This document shows positions 32,324 through 40,863 of a stretch of 64,000 nucleotides of DNA, piece by piece. This DNA comes from Candidatus Niyogibacteria bacterium CG10_big_fil_rev_8_21_14_0_10_46_36 (GTDB lineage: Bacteria > Patescibacteriota > Minisyncoccia > 1-14-0-10-42-19): the NCBI GenBank assembly GCA_002772995.1, contig PFCO01000001.1, positions 64,244 through 128,243 on the forward strand. Direction: 5' to 3'. The position numbers and the translations under genes are program-made. The notes beneath the pieces are model-generated. The model searched no databases. It worked only from the letters and a program-made list of their open reading frames with translations, and had not been told where the DNA came from. How positions within the stretch are numbered: position 1 is the first letter of the stretch; every line of letters starts with the position of its first letter.

Positions 32324-32347
32324 GTGTATCTATGATACCGTTATTTG

Positions 32348-33880
32348 TTATTCATATTCAATCGTCGCAGGCGGCTTTTGAGTGATATCGTAGAGTACCC
32401 GGTTTACTCCTTTTACTTCCCGGACTATGCGGTTTGAAATGCGCTCAAGCAAACTGTGGTTCATTTTATACCAGTCGGCAGTCATCCCATCTACAGAGTG
32501 CACCGCGCGGAGCGCAATAATGTGCTCATATGTCCGCGCATCTCCCATTACTCCCACTGTGCGTAATGGCAAAAGAACTGCAAACGCCTGCCATATCTTT
32601 CCGTATTCCCCCGCCCTCCGCAATTCTTCTATATAAATAGCGTCTGCTTCACGCACCATATGCAACCGCTCTTCGGTAACTTCTCCCACAACGCGGATAG
32701 AAAGACCGGGCCCCGGAAACGGGTGGCGCCAAAGCACTTTTTTGGGCAAGCGTAACTCTTCTCCGAGCCTCCGGACTTCATCCTTATACAGATCGGCAAG
32801 CGGTTCGAGGATGTGGAACCCAAACCGTTCCGGCAATGTGAGATTGTGGTGGCTTTTTATTTTTTCTGCCACATGCGAACCATACGCGGACTCTATCCTG
32901 TCCGGATAAATGGTGCCCTGCGCTAGAAACCGTACGGGGTATTTTTTAAAATCATATGCAATCATCCGTTCAAATACATGGATAAATGTATGCCCGATAA
33001 TCTTCCTTTTCTTTTCCGGATCCTCTATTCCCTTCAGCCGTTCAAGAAAATTCTTACGCGCATCCACGGTACGTATGTCATGGAGGCCTTGCGCGGTGAT
33101 TGCTTTTCCCACCGCCCCGACTTCGTCTTTGCGCAATAATCCATTATCAACAAATACGCCGTGTAGTTGTCTGCCGATTGCACGATGAAGCAGCGTTGCC
33201 GCAACAAGAGAATCAACACCCCCTGAAAGCGCGATGACAACATGCGCGTCCCCCACCATTTCTCGCATAGAAGCAATAATCTCATCTTTCAATATGGGCA
33301 TACTCCAATTCTTCTTGGCGCCGCATACAGAAAAGACAAAATTGGCAATAATGTCCTTTCCCCGTTTTGTATACGCGACTTCGGGATGAAACTGCACTCC
33401 AAACCACGGTTTTTTCTCATGAGCAAACGCAGCATGAGCGCAGGCTTCAGTTGAAGCAATCGCCTGGAACCCCTGCGGAAGCATATACACATAATCTCCA
33501 TGAGAAAACCACACAGGTTCTTTTTTTGTGAGCCCTTTAAAGAGCGGGTTGCGCGAGGTACATGATATTTTTTCTTTTCCGTATTCGCGGACTTCTCCCG
33601 TCCGCACAACCCCCCCGAAAAATTTTGCCATGACCTGCGCACCGTAACAAATGCCGAATACCGGTATACCTAATTCAAAAATCTCTTTTTGCGGACGCGG
33701 ATATCCGTTCTCTAGCACAGACCGCGGACCGCCCGAAAGAATAATACCCACAGGATGGAATGCCCGTATCTCTTCTATCGATGCCTGAAAATGCAAAATC
33801 TCGGCACGCACGCCGAGATCCCGTATTCTCCTTGCTATAAGATGAGCGAATTGTGAACCGAAGTTCAATATTACAATCAT
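32348..33880 (-). CDS. guaA: GMP synthase (glutamine-hydrolysing)
   Basis: GATase N-term (FGICYGAQ), ATP-PPase SGGVDS motif, C-terminal dimerisation domain. Confidence 0.95.
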   Translation of the reverse strand: MIVILNFGSQFAHLIARRIRDLGVRAEILHFQASIEEIRAFHPVGIILSGGPRSVLENGYPRPQKEIFELGIPVFGICYGAQVMAKFFGGVVRTGEVREYGKEKISCTSRNPLFKGLTKKEPVWFSHGDYVYMLPQGFQAIASTEACAHAAFAHEKKPWFGVQFHPEVAYTKRGKDIIANFVFSVCGAKKNWSMPILKDEIIASMREMVGDAHVVIALSGGVDSLVAATLLHRAIGRQLHGVFVDNGLLRKDEVGAVGKAITAQGLHDIRTVDARKNFLERLKGIEDPEKKRKIIGHTFIHVFERMIAYDFKKYPVRFLAQGTIYPDRIESAYGSHVAEKIKSHHNLTLPERFGFHILEPLADLYKDEVRRLGEELRLPKKVLWRHPFPGPGLSIRVVGEVTEERLHMVREADAIYIEELRRAGEYGKIWQAFAVLLPLRTVGVMGDARTYEHIIALRAVHSVDGMTADWYKMNHSLLERISNRIVREVKGVNRVLYDITQKPPATIEYE

Positions 33881-33910
33881 ACCTATAGTATATCATTCGC
33901 CCCCCTTTCA

Positions 33911-34435
33911 TCAAATTTTTTTTCTCCGTGACAGATCTTTGAGTATCTTTACATATCCTCTCCGCTCTGCGTTCTTCCAATCAAGACCAAGGATAGAGAC
34001 AAGCTCATCAATGTTTTTTTTTGTTGATTCTATCTCCACAAAATGCAACCGCCCCACCCTATCAAGCTCTATAAATGCGTCTCCCAGTTTCCAATGTTCC
34101 CGGTATTTCTCATACGAAAAATCTTCTACAAAGCCAAGTGCCCGTATCATCTTTTCCGCTTTTTGGAAATTATCCGCCTCGGTCTCAAATTCTTCTTTTA
34201 TCTTGTATTTTTTGCTGTTCTGTTTTGAGGGGGTTTTTACTGCCATGTAGACGCCGTGGTCATCCCATTCCCGCAGCCGAAAAATAGTATTCTTTTTGTG
34301 AAGATCCCGGCGCCTAGTGTCAAAAAAAATGCTTCTTTCCATCCCTTTCCATATCATATGCGCGCCTCTCTGTTCAAGAATTTTTCTGGCAGAAGAAAAG
34401 TCACGCACCTTAAATTTTACTTCTATTTCCTGCAT
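33911..34435 (-). CDS. CYTH-domain protein (triphosphate tunnel metalloenzyme / class IV adenylate cyclase-like), 174 aa
   Basis: N-terminal EIEVKFKV signature (ExExK) and spaced acidic/basic residues typical of CYTH. Confidence 0.7.
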   Translation of the reverse strand: MQEIEVKFKVRDFSSARKILEQRGAHMIWKGMERSIFFDTRRRDLHKKNTIFRLREWDDHGVYMAVKTPSKQNSKKYKIKEEFETEADNFQKAEKMIRALGFVEDFSYEKYREHWKLGDAFIELDRVGRLHFVEIESTKKNIDELVSILGLDWKNAERRGYVKILKDLSRRKKI

Positions 34436-34493
34436 GCAATATTTACAAAATAATAACAGGTAGTATCATATATTCACGATAGCATTATTATCG

Positions 34494-35150
34494 ATGAAAG
34501 AATCTGAAAACACAACAATGGTACCCATAGCAACAACAAAGCGTGCATTTGACATACTGAGCGCAAGTTTTTTTATTATGCTCCTTTCCCCGATATTCCT
34601 TCTTATAAGTATATGCATATATATTGAAGGCGTTTTCAATAAAAAAAATAGGGGGCCTGTTTTTTACACGGAAACGCGCATGTCGCAAGGAAAACCATTC
34701 ACACTCCGCAAGTTCCGCATTTTTAAGGTGGCAAGTTACCAGTCTATCCGTGATCGGGGTGAAATCGTGAGCACAAAGATGCTTGAACGAAAGCCGGGAA
34801 CCATGACTAGGACGGGAAATATATTAAAAAAATTCTATCTCGATGAATTACCACAGCTGTTCAGCGTGCTTCGGGGAGATATGAGCATGGTGGGAACACG
34901 TCCCTGGACTCCCCCTGATTACAAAAAAGAAATCGCAAAGGGAATATACCGGAAGAAAGCTATCAAGGCGGGTATTACCGGCCCAGTACAAATTCATAAA
35001 CACGACGCAAAAGCGGTGGGAGGCGAACATATGCTTGATGACCGCTATGTCTCTTACCAACGCGCGCACAGAGGTATGCGTATAGTTTTTTACGATATAA
35101 AAATCCTTCTGCTCTCCTTGTGGTTTATGGTGAAGGGGCAGGGACTTTAG
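34494..35150 (+). CDS. Phosphoglycosyl transferase (bacterial sugar transferase family, small PglC/WbaP-C-like)
   Basis: One N-terminal hydrophobic helix; KFRIF; conserved DELPQLFSVLRGDMSMVGTRP motif. Confidence 0.85.
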   Translation: MKESENTTMVPIATTKRAFDILSASFFIMLLSPIFLLISICIYIEGVFNKKNRGPVFYTETRMSQGKPFTLRKFRIFKVASYQSIRDRGEIVSTKMLERKPGTMTRTGNILKKFYLDELPQLFSVLRGDMSMVGTRPWTPPDYKKEIAKGIYRKKAIKAGITGPVQIHKHDAKAVGGEHMLDDRYVSYQRAHRGMRIVFYDIKILLLSLWFMVKGQGL

Positions 35151-35593
35151 AGCGACCGCTGATATCTTTTCACCAGAGAGGAGCTGGACTGAATCTTGCC
35201 TCCTTTTCCTGTGTTAAATGCCATTTTGCATTTGATAATTTTGCATACTTCCTTCTCACGGGCATTTTTTTGTGTCACATCCCCGCCGTTCGCAAAAATA
35301 TGCGGACGGATACGCATAAGCGCATCAGTAACGCTCATGTCTTTGGGGTTTTTCGGATGACCCGTTACTACTACCTTGTCTACAAACGAAAGCGCTTCAA
35401 TAATCTCTTTACGCTCCCGTTCGGGCATAAACACATATCCCTTTTTCGCACGGAGCCAGTGGTCATTATTCAGAACAACAATCAGCCTATCCCCTAGTGT
35501 TTTTGCTTCCTTAAAAAGACGGATATGCCCGATATGAATCGGGTCAAATCCTCCGGATACCGCGACAATGATAGGTGAGACACTCTTCCTCAT
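35147..35593 (-). CDS. Cytidylyltransferase-superfamily nucleotidyltransferase (TagD / HldE-domain-II-like)
   Basis: IVAVSGGFDPIHIGHIRLF (HxGH) and GDRLIVVLNND... GGD motifs. Start placed at MRKSV; track ORF begins 12 codons earlier. Confidence 0.7.
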   Translation of the reverse strand: MRKSVSPIIVAVSGGFDPIHIGHIRLFKEAKTLGDRLIVVLNNDHWLRAKKGYVFMPERERKEIIEALSFVDKVVVTGHPKNPKDMSVTDALMRIRPHIFANGGDVTQKNAREKEVCKIIKCKMAFNTGKGGKIQSSSSLVKRYQRSL

Positions 35594-35795
35594 AATCTTC
35601 TTTTTGCGTTTAAACTTCTTTAAGGTCATAGTTCAGAATAGCATCCGTATCGCCAAAAAGAAACTTCCCGGAAAACGACTTTCCTGAGAAAAAAGCGGCA
35701 GCCAATGCTTGTCATCGGGCCACATGTCCCGAAGCGGTATTTCATTAACCAAGAACCACTGCGACTTCATTTCATCACCTTACACATACAAAAAT

Positions 35796-35830
35796 ATTGA
35801 CAAAATATAAATATAATGATATAATCTCAA
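35796..35830 (+). promoter_or_regulatory. Sigma70-like promoter TTGACA-17-TATAAT
   Basis: ttgaca-aaatataaatataatga-tataat; strong SD (ggagg) 8 nt before the ATG at 35868. Confidence 0.55.
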
Positions 35831-35867
35831 AAAGTTAGTATTTCATAAAAAAATACGGAGGTTAAGA

Positions 35868-36080
35868 ATGGCAAAAATAGATAGTCCCAACTGGACGGAA
35901 CACGGATGCGAAAAACACCGCCTTCCCGAAGTCCCCTGTCCCCAATGTTTTGCCGAAGAGGACGCTGATATTGAGGTTCAAATCACTGAAACGGAAGTAA
36001 GGGAGCTTGATTTCAGCCCTGAGCTCTCGGTCCGAGACCTATTACCCCTTGGCTGGCTTGCCGACCGCATAATTGGCTAA
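35868..36080 (+). CDS. Small acidic Cys-containing hypothetical protein, 70 aa
   Basis: Own promoter plus SD; HGCEKH...CPQC possible zinc-binding cluster; lone plus-strand gene. Confidence 0.5.
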   Translation: MAKIDSPNWTEHGCEKHRLPEVPCPQCFAEEDADIEVQITETEVRELDFSPELSVRDLLPLGWLADRIIG

Positions 36081-36117
36081 CCAACATAGTGCTAAGCATC
36101 ACTCTAAACTGCTTTTT

Positions 36118-38796
36118 TTATTTGCCATGGCACTTTTTATACTTCTTGCCCGAACCACAGGGACAGAGGTCATTCCGTCCTACTTTTTCCCCTTCCGGCG
36201 TTTTAGGTGCTGACTGCGCTTTCGGTGCGGCATGCACGTGCGTGCTTTCCATTGAAAGCGGGCTTTGAGCCGAAGCATGCGACGCATGCATTTCTGTCTG
36301 CTTAATAGGCGGATTTGAACCAACACGGAATACAATATGAGAAAGATGCGCCCGGATTGCCGCTTGCATTTCTTTGAACATGCGCGAGCCTTCATTTTTA
36401 TACTCAATAAGCGGGTCCCGCTGGCCATACGCACGAAGACGGACAGAGGAGCGCATATACTCCATCGCCTCCAAATGATTCGCCCAGCTAAGATCAACTA
36501 TCTGGAGGGTGTACGCTCGCAATAGATTCGCGAACGCCTGCTCCCCGAGCCCTGTTTTTCGATTATCAAACATGCCACGCCACACATTGTGAACATACAT
36601 ATGCATTTCGTTGCGTATCTCTTCAGCACCCCCCTTCCCTTTTTTTATCTCAAGCAAGCGGCTATGCACATCAGACGCAACACCGAGACGCGCGTGAAGA
36701 TTTTCGTATATTTCTTCTATATTCCATTCATCAATAAAATTATGCTGGGTATGAAACGCGAGTATGCTGTCTATTTCTTCTTCTATCATCTCTCCTGCTT
36801 TTTCAAATATTTTTTCCGGCTCCGAAAAAAGAAAATCCTTGCGTGTTGTATACAATGACATGCGTTGCCTGTTTAATACATCATCATATTCGAGCAAGTG
36901 CTTGCGCGCATCAAAATTAAATCCTTCTATTTTCTCTTGCGCGGACGAAAGTGCGCGCGACACCATATTATGTTCAATAGGAACATCTTCGGGTATGCCG
37001 AAGCGCCCCATCATATTTTTTATACGGTCAGGACCAAAGATGCGCATCAGGTCATCTTCAAGCGAAACATAAAATTGCGTCTCCCCCGGGTCGCCTTGGC
37101 GTCCCGCACGGCCCCGAAGCTGGTTATCAATGCGGCGTGCTTCGTGCCGTTCGGTTCCTAATACAAAAAGTCCTCCGAGTTCCTTTACCCGTTTCGCTTC
37201 TTCAACGCTTTGCGGGTTGCCCCCCAAAATAATGTCTACACCGCGTCCTGCCATATTAGTTGCAACAGTAACCGCGCCGGGGCGGCCTGCCTGCGCAATA
37301 ACTTGCGCTTCATGTTCGTGATTCTTTGCGTTCAGCATCTCGTGTGGAATGCCTTCTTTTTTTAATAACGCTGAGAGATACTCATTCTTTTCTATAGATG
37401 TAGTCCCCAGCAATATCGGCTGACCCTTTGTGTGCCGTTCTTTAATCTCACGAACAACCGCCTTCCACTTTCCTCCGGTCGTCTGGAAAATCCTGTCTGG
37501 AAGATCTTTTCTCATAAGCTGCTTGTTTGTGGGAATAATAAGAACATCCAAATCATACACCCTGCTAAATTCCTCCGCTGATGTTGCTGCGGTCCCTGTC
37601 ATGCCGGAAAGTTTGTCATACATCCGAAATAAATTCTGGAATGTAATAGATGCCATGGTGCGGGATTCGCGCTGGACGACAACCCCTTCTTTTGCTTCAA
37701 CCGCCTGATGCAGCCCGTCCGACCACCTACGCCCTGGCATGAGCCTCCCGGTAAACTCATCCACAATAATAATGTCTCCGTCTTTAACTACATAGTCTTT
37801 ATCTTTATGGAAAAGCGCTTGCGCGCGGAGTGCCTGCTCTAGATGATGCACATATCGGATACCTCCCTCAGAATACATATCTTGAATGCCTAAAAGCTTC
37901 TCAACGCGGTCGATGCCTTCTTCCGTTATAGTTACCGCTTTCATTTTTTCATCAATATTGTAGTCCCGCCCTTCTTCTAATTGCGGGGTAAGGCGCGAAA
38001 ATGTCCGGTACAGTGCCCCTGATTCTTGGTCGGGTGCGGAAATAATAAGCGGCGTACGCGCCTCATCAATTAAAATGGAATCTATTTCATCGATAACCGC
38101 AAAAAATGGCTCACGCTGAACTAATGCGTCAGGAGTTGATGCAAGATTATCCCGCAAATAATCAAATCCAAATTCATTATTTGTTCCGTAGGTAATATCT
38201 GCCTCGTATGCTTCTTTGCGCGATACCGGACGCCAATGGTTGAGACGGTCATCTCCGTGGTCATGCTGGTCAGTATAAGCCGGGTCATATACCGCGGAAA
38301 AGTCGTGCGTAATAACACCGACCGAAACGCCAAGTGTATGGTACACGGGAGCCATCCATCCGCCTCCAACACGGGCAAGATATTCGTTCGGGGTTATCAA
38401 GTGGCATCCTTTGCCGAGCAAGCTATTTAAATAGAGAGGGAGTGTCGCAACAAGCGTCTTTCCTTCACCGGTCCGCATCTCAGCAATCCCTCCCTGATGC
38501 AACACCATGCCTCCGATAAGCTGCACGTCAAAATGGCGCAGTCCTATGGAACGACGAGACGCTTCCCGCACCAATGCAAACGCCTCGGGAAGTATTTCAT
38601 TCAGCATGTTTTTCTGCTCGTCAAAAGAAGCGCCTTCTTGCAGGCGCTTCTTTAACTGTTGTGTCCGTTCTTTAAGAGCGTCGTCGGAATATGATTGTAT
38701 TTTTTCTTCCGCATTGTTGATGTCTGGAATAGCTGCGGACAATTTTTCTATTGCGCGCTTATGCGGATCGCCAAATATTTTTTTAAATAGAGACAT
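36118..38796 (-). CDS. secA: Protein translocase ATPase SecA, 892 aa
   Basis: DEAD-like motor motifs (GEGKTLVATLP, DEIDSILIDEARTPLIIS), C-terminal zinc-binding tail CPCGSGKKYKKCHGK. Confidence 0.97.
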   Translation of the reverse strand: MSLFKKIFGDPHKRAIEKLSAAIPDINNAEEKIQSYSDDALKERTQQLKKRLQEGASFDEQKNMLNEILPEAFALVREASRRSIGLRHFDVQLIGGMVLHQGGIAEMRTGEGKTLVATLPLYLNSLLGKGCHLITPNEYLARVGGGWMAPVYHTLGVSVGVITHDFSAVYDPAYTDQHDHGDDRLNHWRPVSRKEAYEADITYGTNNEFGFDYLRDNLASTPDALVQREPFFAVIDEIDSILIDEARTPLIISAPDQESGALYRTFSRLTPQLEEGRDYNIDEKMKAVTITEEGIDRVEKLLGIQDMYSEGGIRYVHHLEQALRAQALFHKDKDYVVKDGDIIIVDEFTGRLMPGRRWSDGLHQAVEAKEGVVVQRESRTMASITFQNLFRMYDKLSGMTGTAATSAEEFSRVYDLDVLIIPTNKQLMRKDLPDRIFQTTGGKWKAVVREIKERHTKGQPILLGTTSIEKNEYLSALLKKEGIPHEMLNAKNHEHEAQVIAQAGRPGAVTVATNMAGRGVDIILGGNPQSVEEAKRVKELGGLFVLGTERHEARRIDNQLRGRAGRQGDPGETQFYVSLEDDLMRIFGPDRIKNMMGRFGIPEDVPIEHNMVSRALSSAQEKIEGFNFDARKHLLEYDDVLNRQRMSLYTTRKDFLFSEPEKIFEKAGEMIEEEIDSILAFHTQHNFIDEWNIEEIYENLHARLGVASDVHSRLLEIKKGKGGAEEIRNEMHMYVHNVWRGMFDNRKTGLGEQAFANLLRAYTLQIVDLSWANHLEAMEYMRSSVRLRAYGQRDPLIEYKNEGSRMFKEMQAAIRAHLSHIVFRVGSNPPIKQTEMHASHASAQSPLSMESTHVHAAPKAQSAPKTPEGEKVGRNDLCPCGSGKKYKKCHGK

Positions 38797-38799
38797 GTA

Positions 38800-39174
38800 T
38801 TATTGATTACTTTTGAGCACTTCTTTTGCTTGTCTCGCGCCGCGTCGCGAACGAGATTCTTTCTTCCCCTTAAAGCTTTTGATACGCCGCTCAATTCCGT
38901 CTTTTGCTTCGTTCACCGCCGCCTCAAGCGATGCCGCAACCGCGCTCATGCGGAGAGGAAGGCGTCTCCCAGGAACCACGACTTGTGCTTCACAAAACCA
39001 CTGCGTGCTGGCATTGCGCACACTTCGCTTGCGTATCTCTATATCGCACTGGGCGTTCATTTTTTTGTCTATTTTGGGAAGCAGCCGCTTAATAGGAACA
39101 GCAAGCTTAGTATTGACTAACACTTCAATAGATTTTGTAATTTCAAGATTTTTGCTATATATGCGTATTTTCAT
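38800..39174 (-). CDS. hpf: Ribosome hibernation promoting factor (HPF/RaiA family)
   Basis: MKIRIYSKNLEITKSIEVLVNTKL... beta-alpha-beta-beta-beta-alpha pattern of the HPF/YfiA family; stop 3 nt from secA start. Confidence 0.7.
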   Translation of the reverse strand: MKIRIYSKNLEITKSIEVLVNTKLAVPIKRLLPKIDKKMNAQCDIEIRKRSVRNASTQWFCEAQVVVPGRRLPLRMSAVAASLEAAVNEAKDGIERRIKSFKGKKESRSRRGARQAKEVLKSNQ

Positions 39175-39235
39175 AGGGTCAGTATATCAAAAAAGAAGCG
39201 CCCCGTAAATCAGGACGCTTCTCGAGAGATCAAAA

Positions 39236-39361
39236 TTATCTCCTCTTGCGGCGTGAGCTCTTTTTGGTGCTCTTCTTTGCTGCCTTTCTTCGCTTCGTTG
39301 TCTTTCGTTTCGTAGTCTTGCGTGAGCTCTTTTTCGCTGCTTTCTTTCTTTTTTTTGCCAT
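39236..39361 (-). CDS. Candidate very basic K/R-rich small protein, 41 aa (low confidence)
   Basis: MAKKRKKAAKKSSRKTTKRKTTKRRKAAKKSTKKSSRRKRR from ATG at 39361; no clear SD; could be non-coding low-complexity DNA. Confidence 0.25.
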   Translation of the reverse strand: MAKKRKKAAKKSSRKTTKRKTTKRRKAAKKSTKKSSRRKRR

Positions 39362-39631
39362 AAAAAATGCGAAAAAAATTCTACCCAACAAACATCGACC
39401 GCGAGCTGTTTGTTGTTCCAACTCATACTACAATAAAATTGTAATACGAGTTGGAATAGAGTGTAAAAATTTTTTATAAAATTTTCTTGAAAGTACTTCT
39501 ATATATATTATCAAATGATTTATTGACAAAAACAATAAAAAATTTCTAAACCTGTGGATAAATATTTTAAAAAAATATTATACATATGCGCGTTATGCAA
39601 TAAAAAAATATTACATCACGCAAAAAAAATA

Positions 39632-39657
39632 AAAAACTTTTCTCTAGAAAAGTTTTT
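39632..39657. repeat. Perfect 11-bp-arm AT-rich inverted repeat (aaaaacttttc-tcta-gaaaagttttt), flanked by a T-run on the minus strand
   Basis: Read directly; terminator-like on the minus strand (weak, only 2 GC pairs) or a protein-binding palindrome. Confidence 0.5.
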
Positions 39658-39670
39658 ACATGCATTCTTT

Positions 39671-39742
39671 TCCCTGAAAGTCAGGGGGAGGTTTGACTCC
39701 ATCATACATCATGTGTGAGTGCGCTCACCCCTGACCGTCAGG
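39671..39742. other. Candidate structured element: two copies of a CCTGA/TCAGG hairpin flanking the 14-bp perfect palindrome GTGAGTGCGCTCAC
   Basis: cCCTGAaagTCAGGg ... GTGAGTGCGCTCAC c CCTGAccgTCAGG read directly in a 500-bp AT-rich non-coding region. Confidence 0.45.
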
Positions 39743-39810
39743 AAAAAGAATATTCTCTTCCATAATACTACCACCACATGTACGAAAATGAAAGACTCAT
39801 AAAGACCCAT

Positions 39811-39839
39811 AAAAAACGAAAAATCCCGGCAGAGCCGGG
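39811..39839 (-). terminator. Intrinsic terminator (minus strand)
   Basis: Minus strand: cccggctctgccggg followed by ATTTTTCGTTTTTT. Confidence 0.65.
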
Positions 39840-39893
39840 AACTTTCGTGATGATGATGAAATGTGTCAAAAATTGGCACACTCACTTATTAGG

Positions 39894-39922
39894 AGTATAG
39901 CAAATTGCTTAACATATGTCAA
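39894..39922 (-). promoter_or_regulatory. Sigma70-like promoter TTGACA-17-TATACT on minus strand, ~45 nt upstream of the 39811-39839 terminator
   Basis: Minus strand ttgaca-tatgttaagcaatttgc-tatact, read directly as plus 39894-39922. Confidence 0.5.
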
Positions 39923-39942
39923 TAAGTATGCTTTTGGGAAGT

Positions 39943-40863
39943 CTACTCTTCCAGACCATAGAGCTTTTTCAGTTCTAAAATGCCTTCTTTAAAATCTACG
40001 CGAGGCTCCCATCCCAATAGCTCCTTTGCTTTCGAAATGCCGGCGAGCGTATGCTTCGGTTCAAGTCGCGGTTCAATAAACTCATACGGACCTCCTATCA
40101 GTTCTGCTATTTCTAAAACTGTTTTATTGTTTCCTCCGCCTGTATTTATCACTTCTCCCCTTCCTACTTTTTCAGATTCCGCGGCAAGAATATTTGCACG
40201 CACAATATCATAGACATGCGTAAAATCACGCGACTGTTTTCCATCCGGAACAACGGTAAGCTTTTCTCCCTTTTTTCTTTGCTCCAAAAATCTTCCTATA
40301 ACTAAAGCGTATGCGCCTTCCGTATTCGCTCCAGGACCATACACATTAAAATACCGCAAAGAAACCGTTGGGAGACTATAAATGCCGCTGAATAGTTTGC
40401 ACAACATTTCTCCCTGCAATTTTTGCAACGCATACGGACTCAACGGGCGCGGTTCCATTTCTTCTTGCAGCGGGAGTTCTTCTTGATTGCCGTATGCCGA
40501 AGAAGACGCGGAATACACGACTCGCTTTACTTTTGCATCACGCGCGGCAAGCAATACATTCAGCGTGCCGGTAACATTAATATCGTGAGTTGTCCGCGGG
40601 TCTTGTATGGATGGCTGCACACGCGGGAGAGCCGCAATATGGAATACAATATCCGCTCCGGAAAACAAGGGTGCTATATCTTCAAATGAGCGGATATCCT
40701 TTTCTTGAAAATCCGCCTGCGGGTGTAGCCGCTCTTTTTTTCCTGTCAATAAATTATCGATAACAGTTACTCTGCATCCGCGCAAAAGAAGCTCACGCAC
40801 CACATGAGAACCGATAAATCCCGCGCCTCCCGTAACGATTACTTTTTTACCACTGATGTCCAT
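39943..40863 (-). CDS. NAD-dependent epimerase/dehydratase (GalE/UDP-sugar 4-epimerase family)
   Basis: Rossmann VIVTGGAGFIGSH, catalytic YALQK (YxxxK). Confidence 0.8.
   Translation of the reverse strand: MDISGKKVIVTGGAGFIGSHVVRELLLRGCRVTVIDNLLTGKKERLHPQADFQEKDIRSFEDIAPLFSGADIVFHIAALPRVQPSIQDPRTTHDINVTGTLNVLLAARDAKVKRVVYSASSSAYGNQEELPLQEEMEPRPLSPYALQKLQGEMLCKLFSGIYSLPTVSLRYFNVYGPGANTEGAYALVIGRFLEQRKKGEKLTVVPDGKQSRDFTHVYDIVRANILAAESEKVGRGEVINTGGGNNKTVLEIAELIGGPYEFIEPRLEPKHTLAGISKAKELLGWEPRVDFKEGILELKKLYGLEE

Noticed and set aside
34488-34688. 66-aa Cys-rich minus-strand ORF (CTLCCCYGYHCC) at the start of the phosphoglycosyl transferase gene
   Set aside because: It overlaps the well-supported transferase start on the opposite strand and has no expression signals; probably spurious.
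36081-36117. CIRCE-like half site tAGTGCTAAg downstream of the small plus-strand gene
   Set aside because: No partner half-site at the 9-nt spacing; not in a promoter position for any chaperone gene.
39236-39360. Repetitive aag/aaa-rich DNA resembling a short tandem or CRISPR-like repeat
   Set aside because: There are no regularly spaced direct repeats with unique spacers; it is low-complexity Lys-codon sequence. No cas genes are in the window.
39554-39562. Perfect DnaA box (TGTGGATAA, reverse complement of TTATCCACA) inside the AT-rich intergenic region, which raises the possibility of oriC
   Set aside because: It is a single copy; one 9-mer match is expected by chance in 64 kb. There is no cluster of boxes and no dnaA/dnaN nearby.
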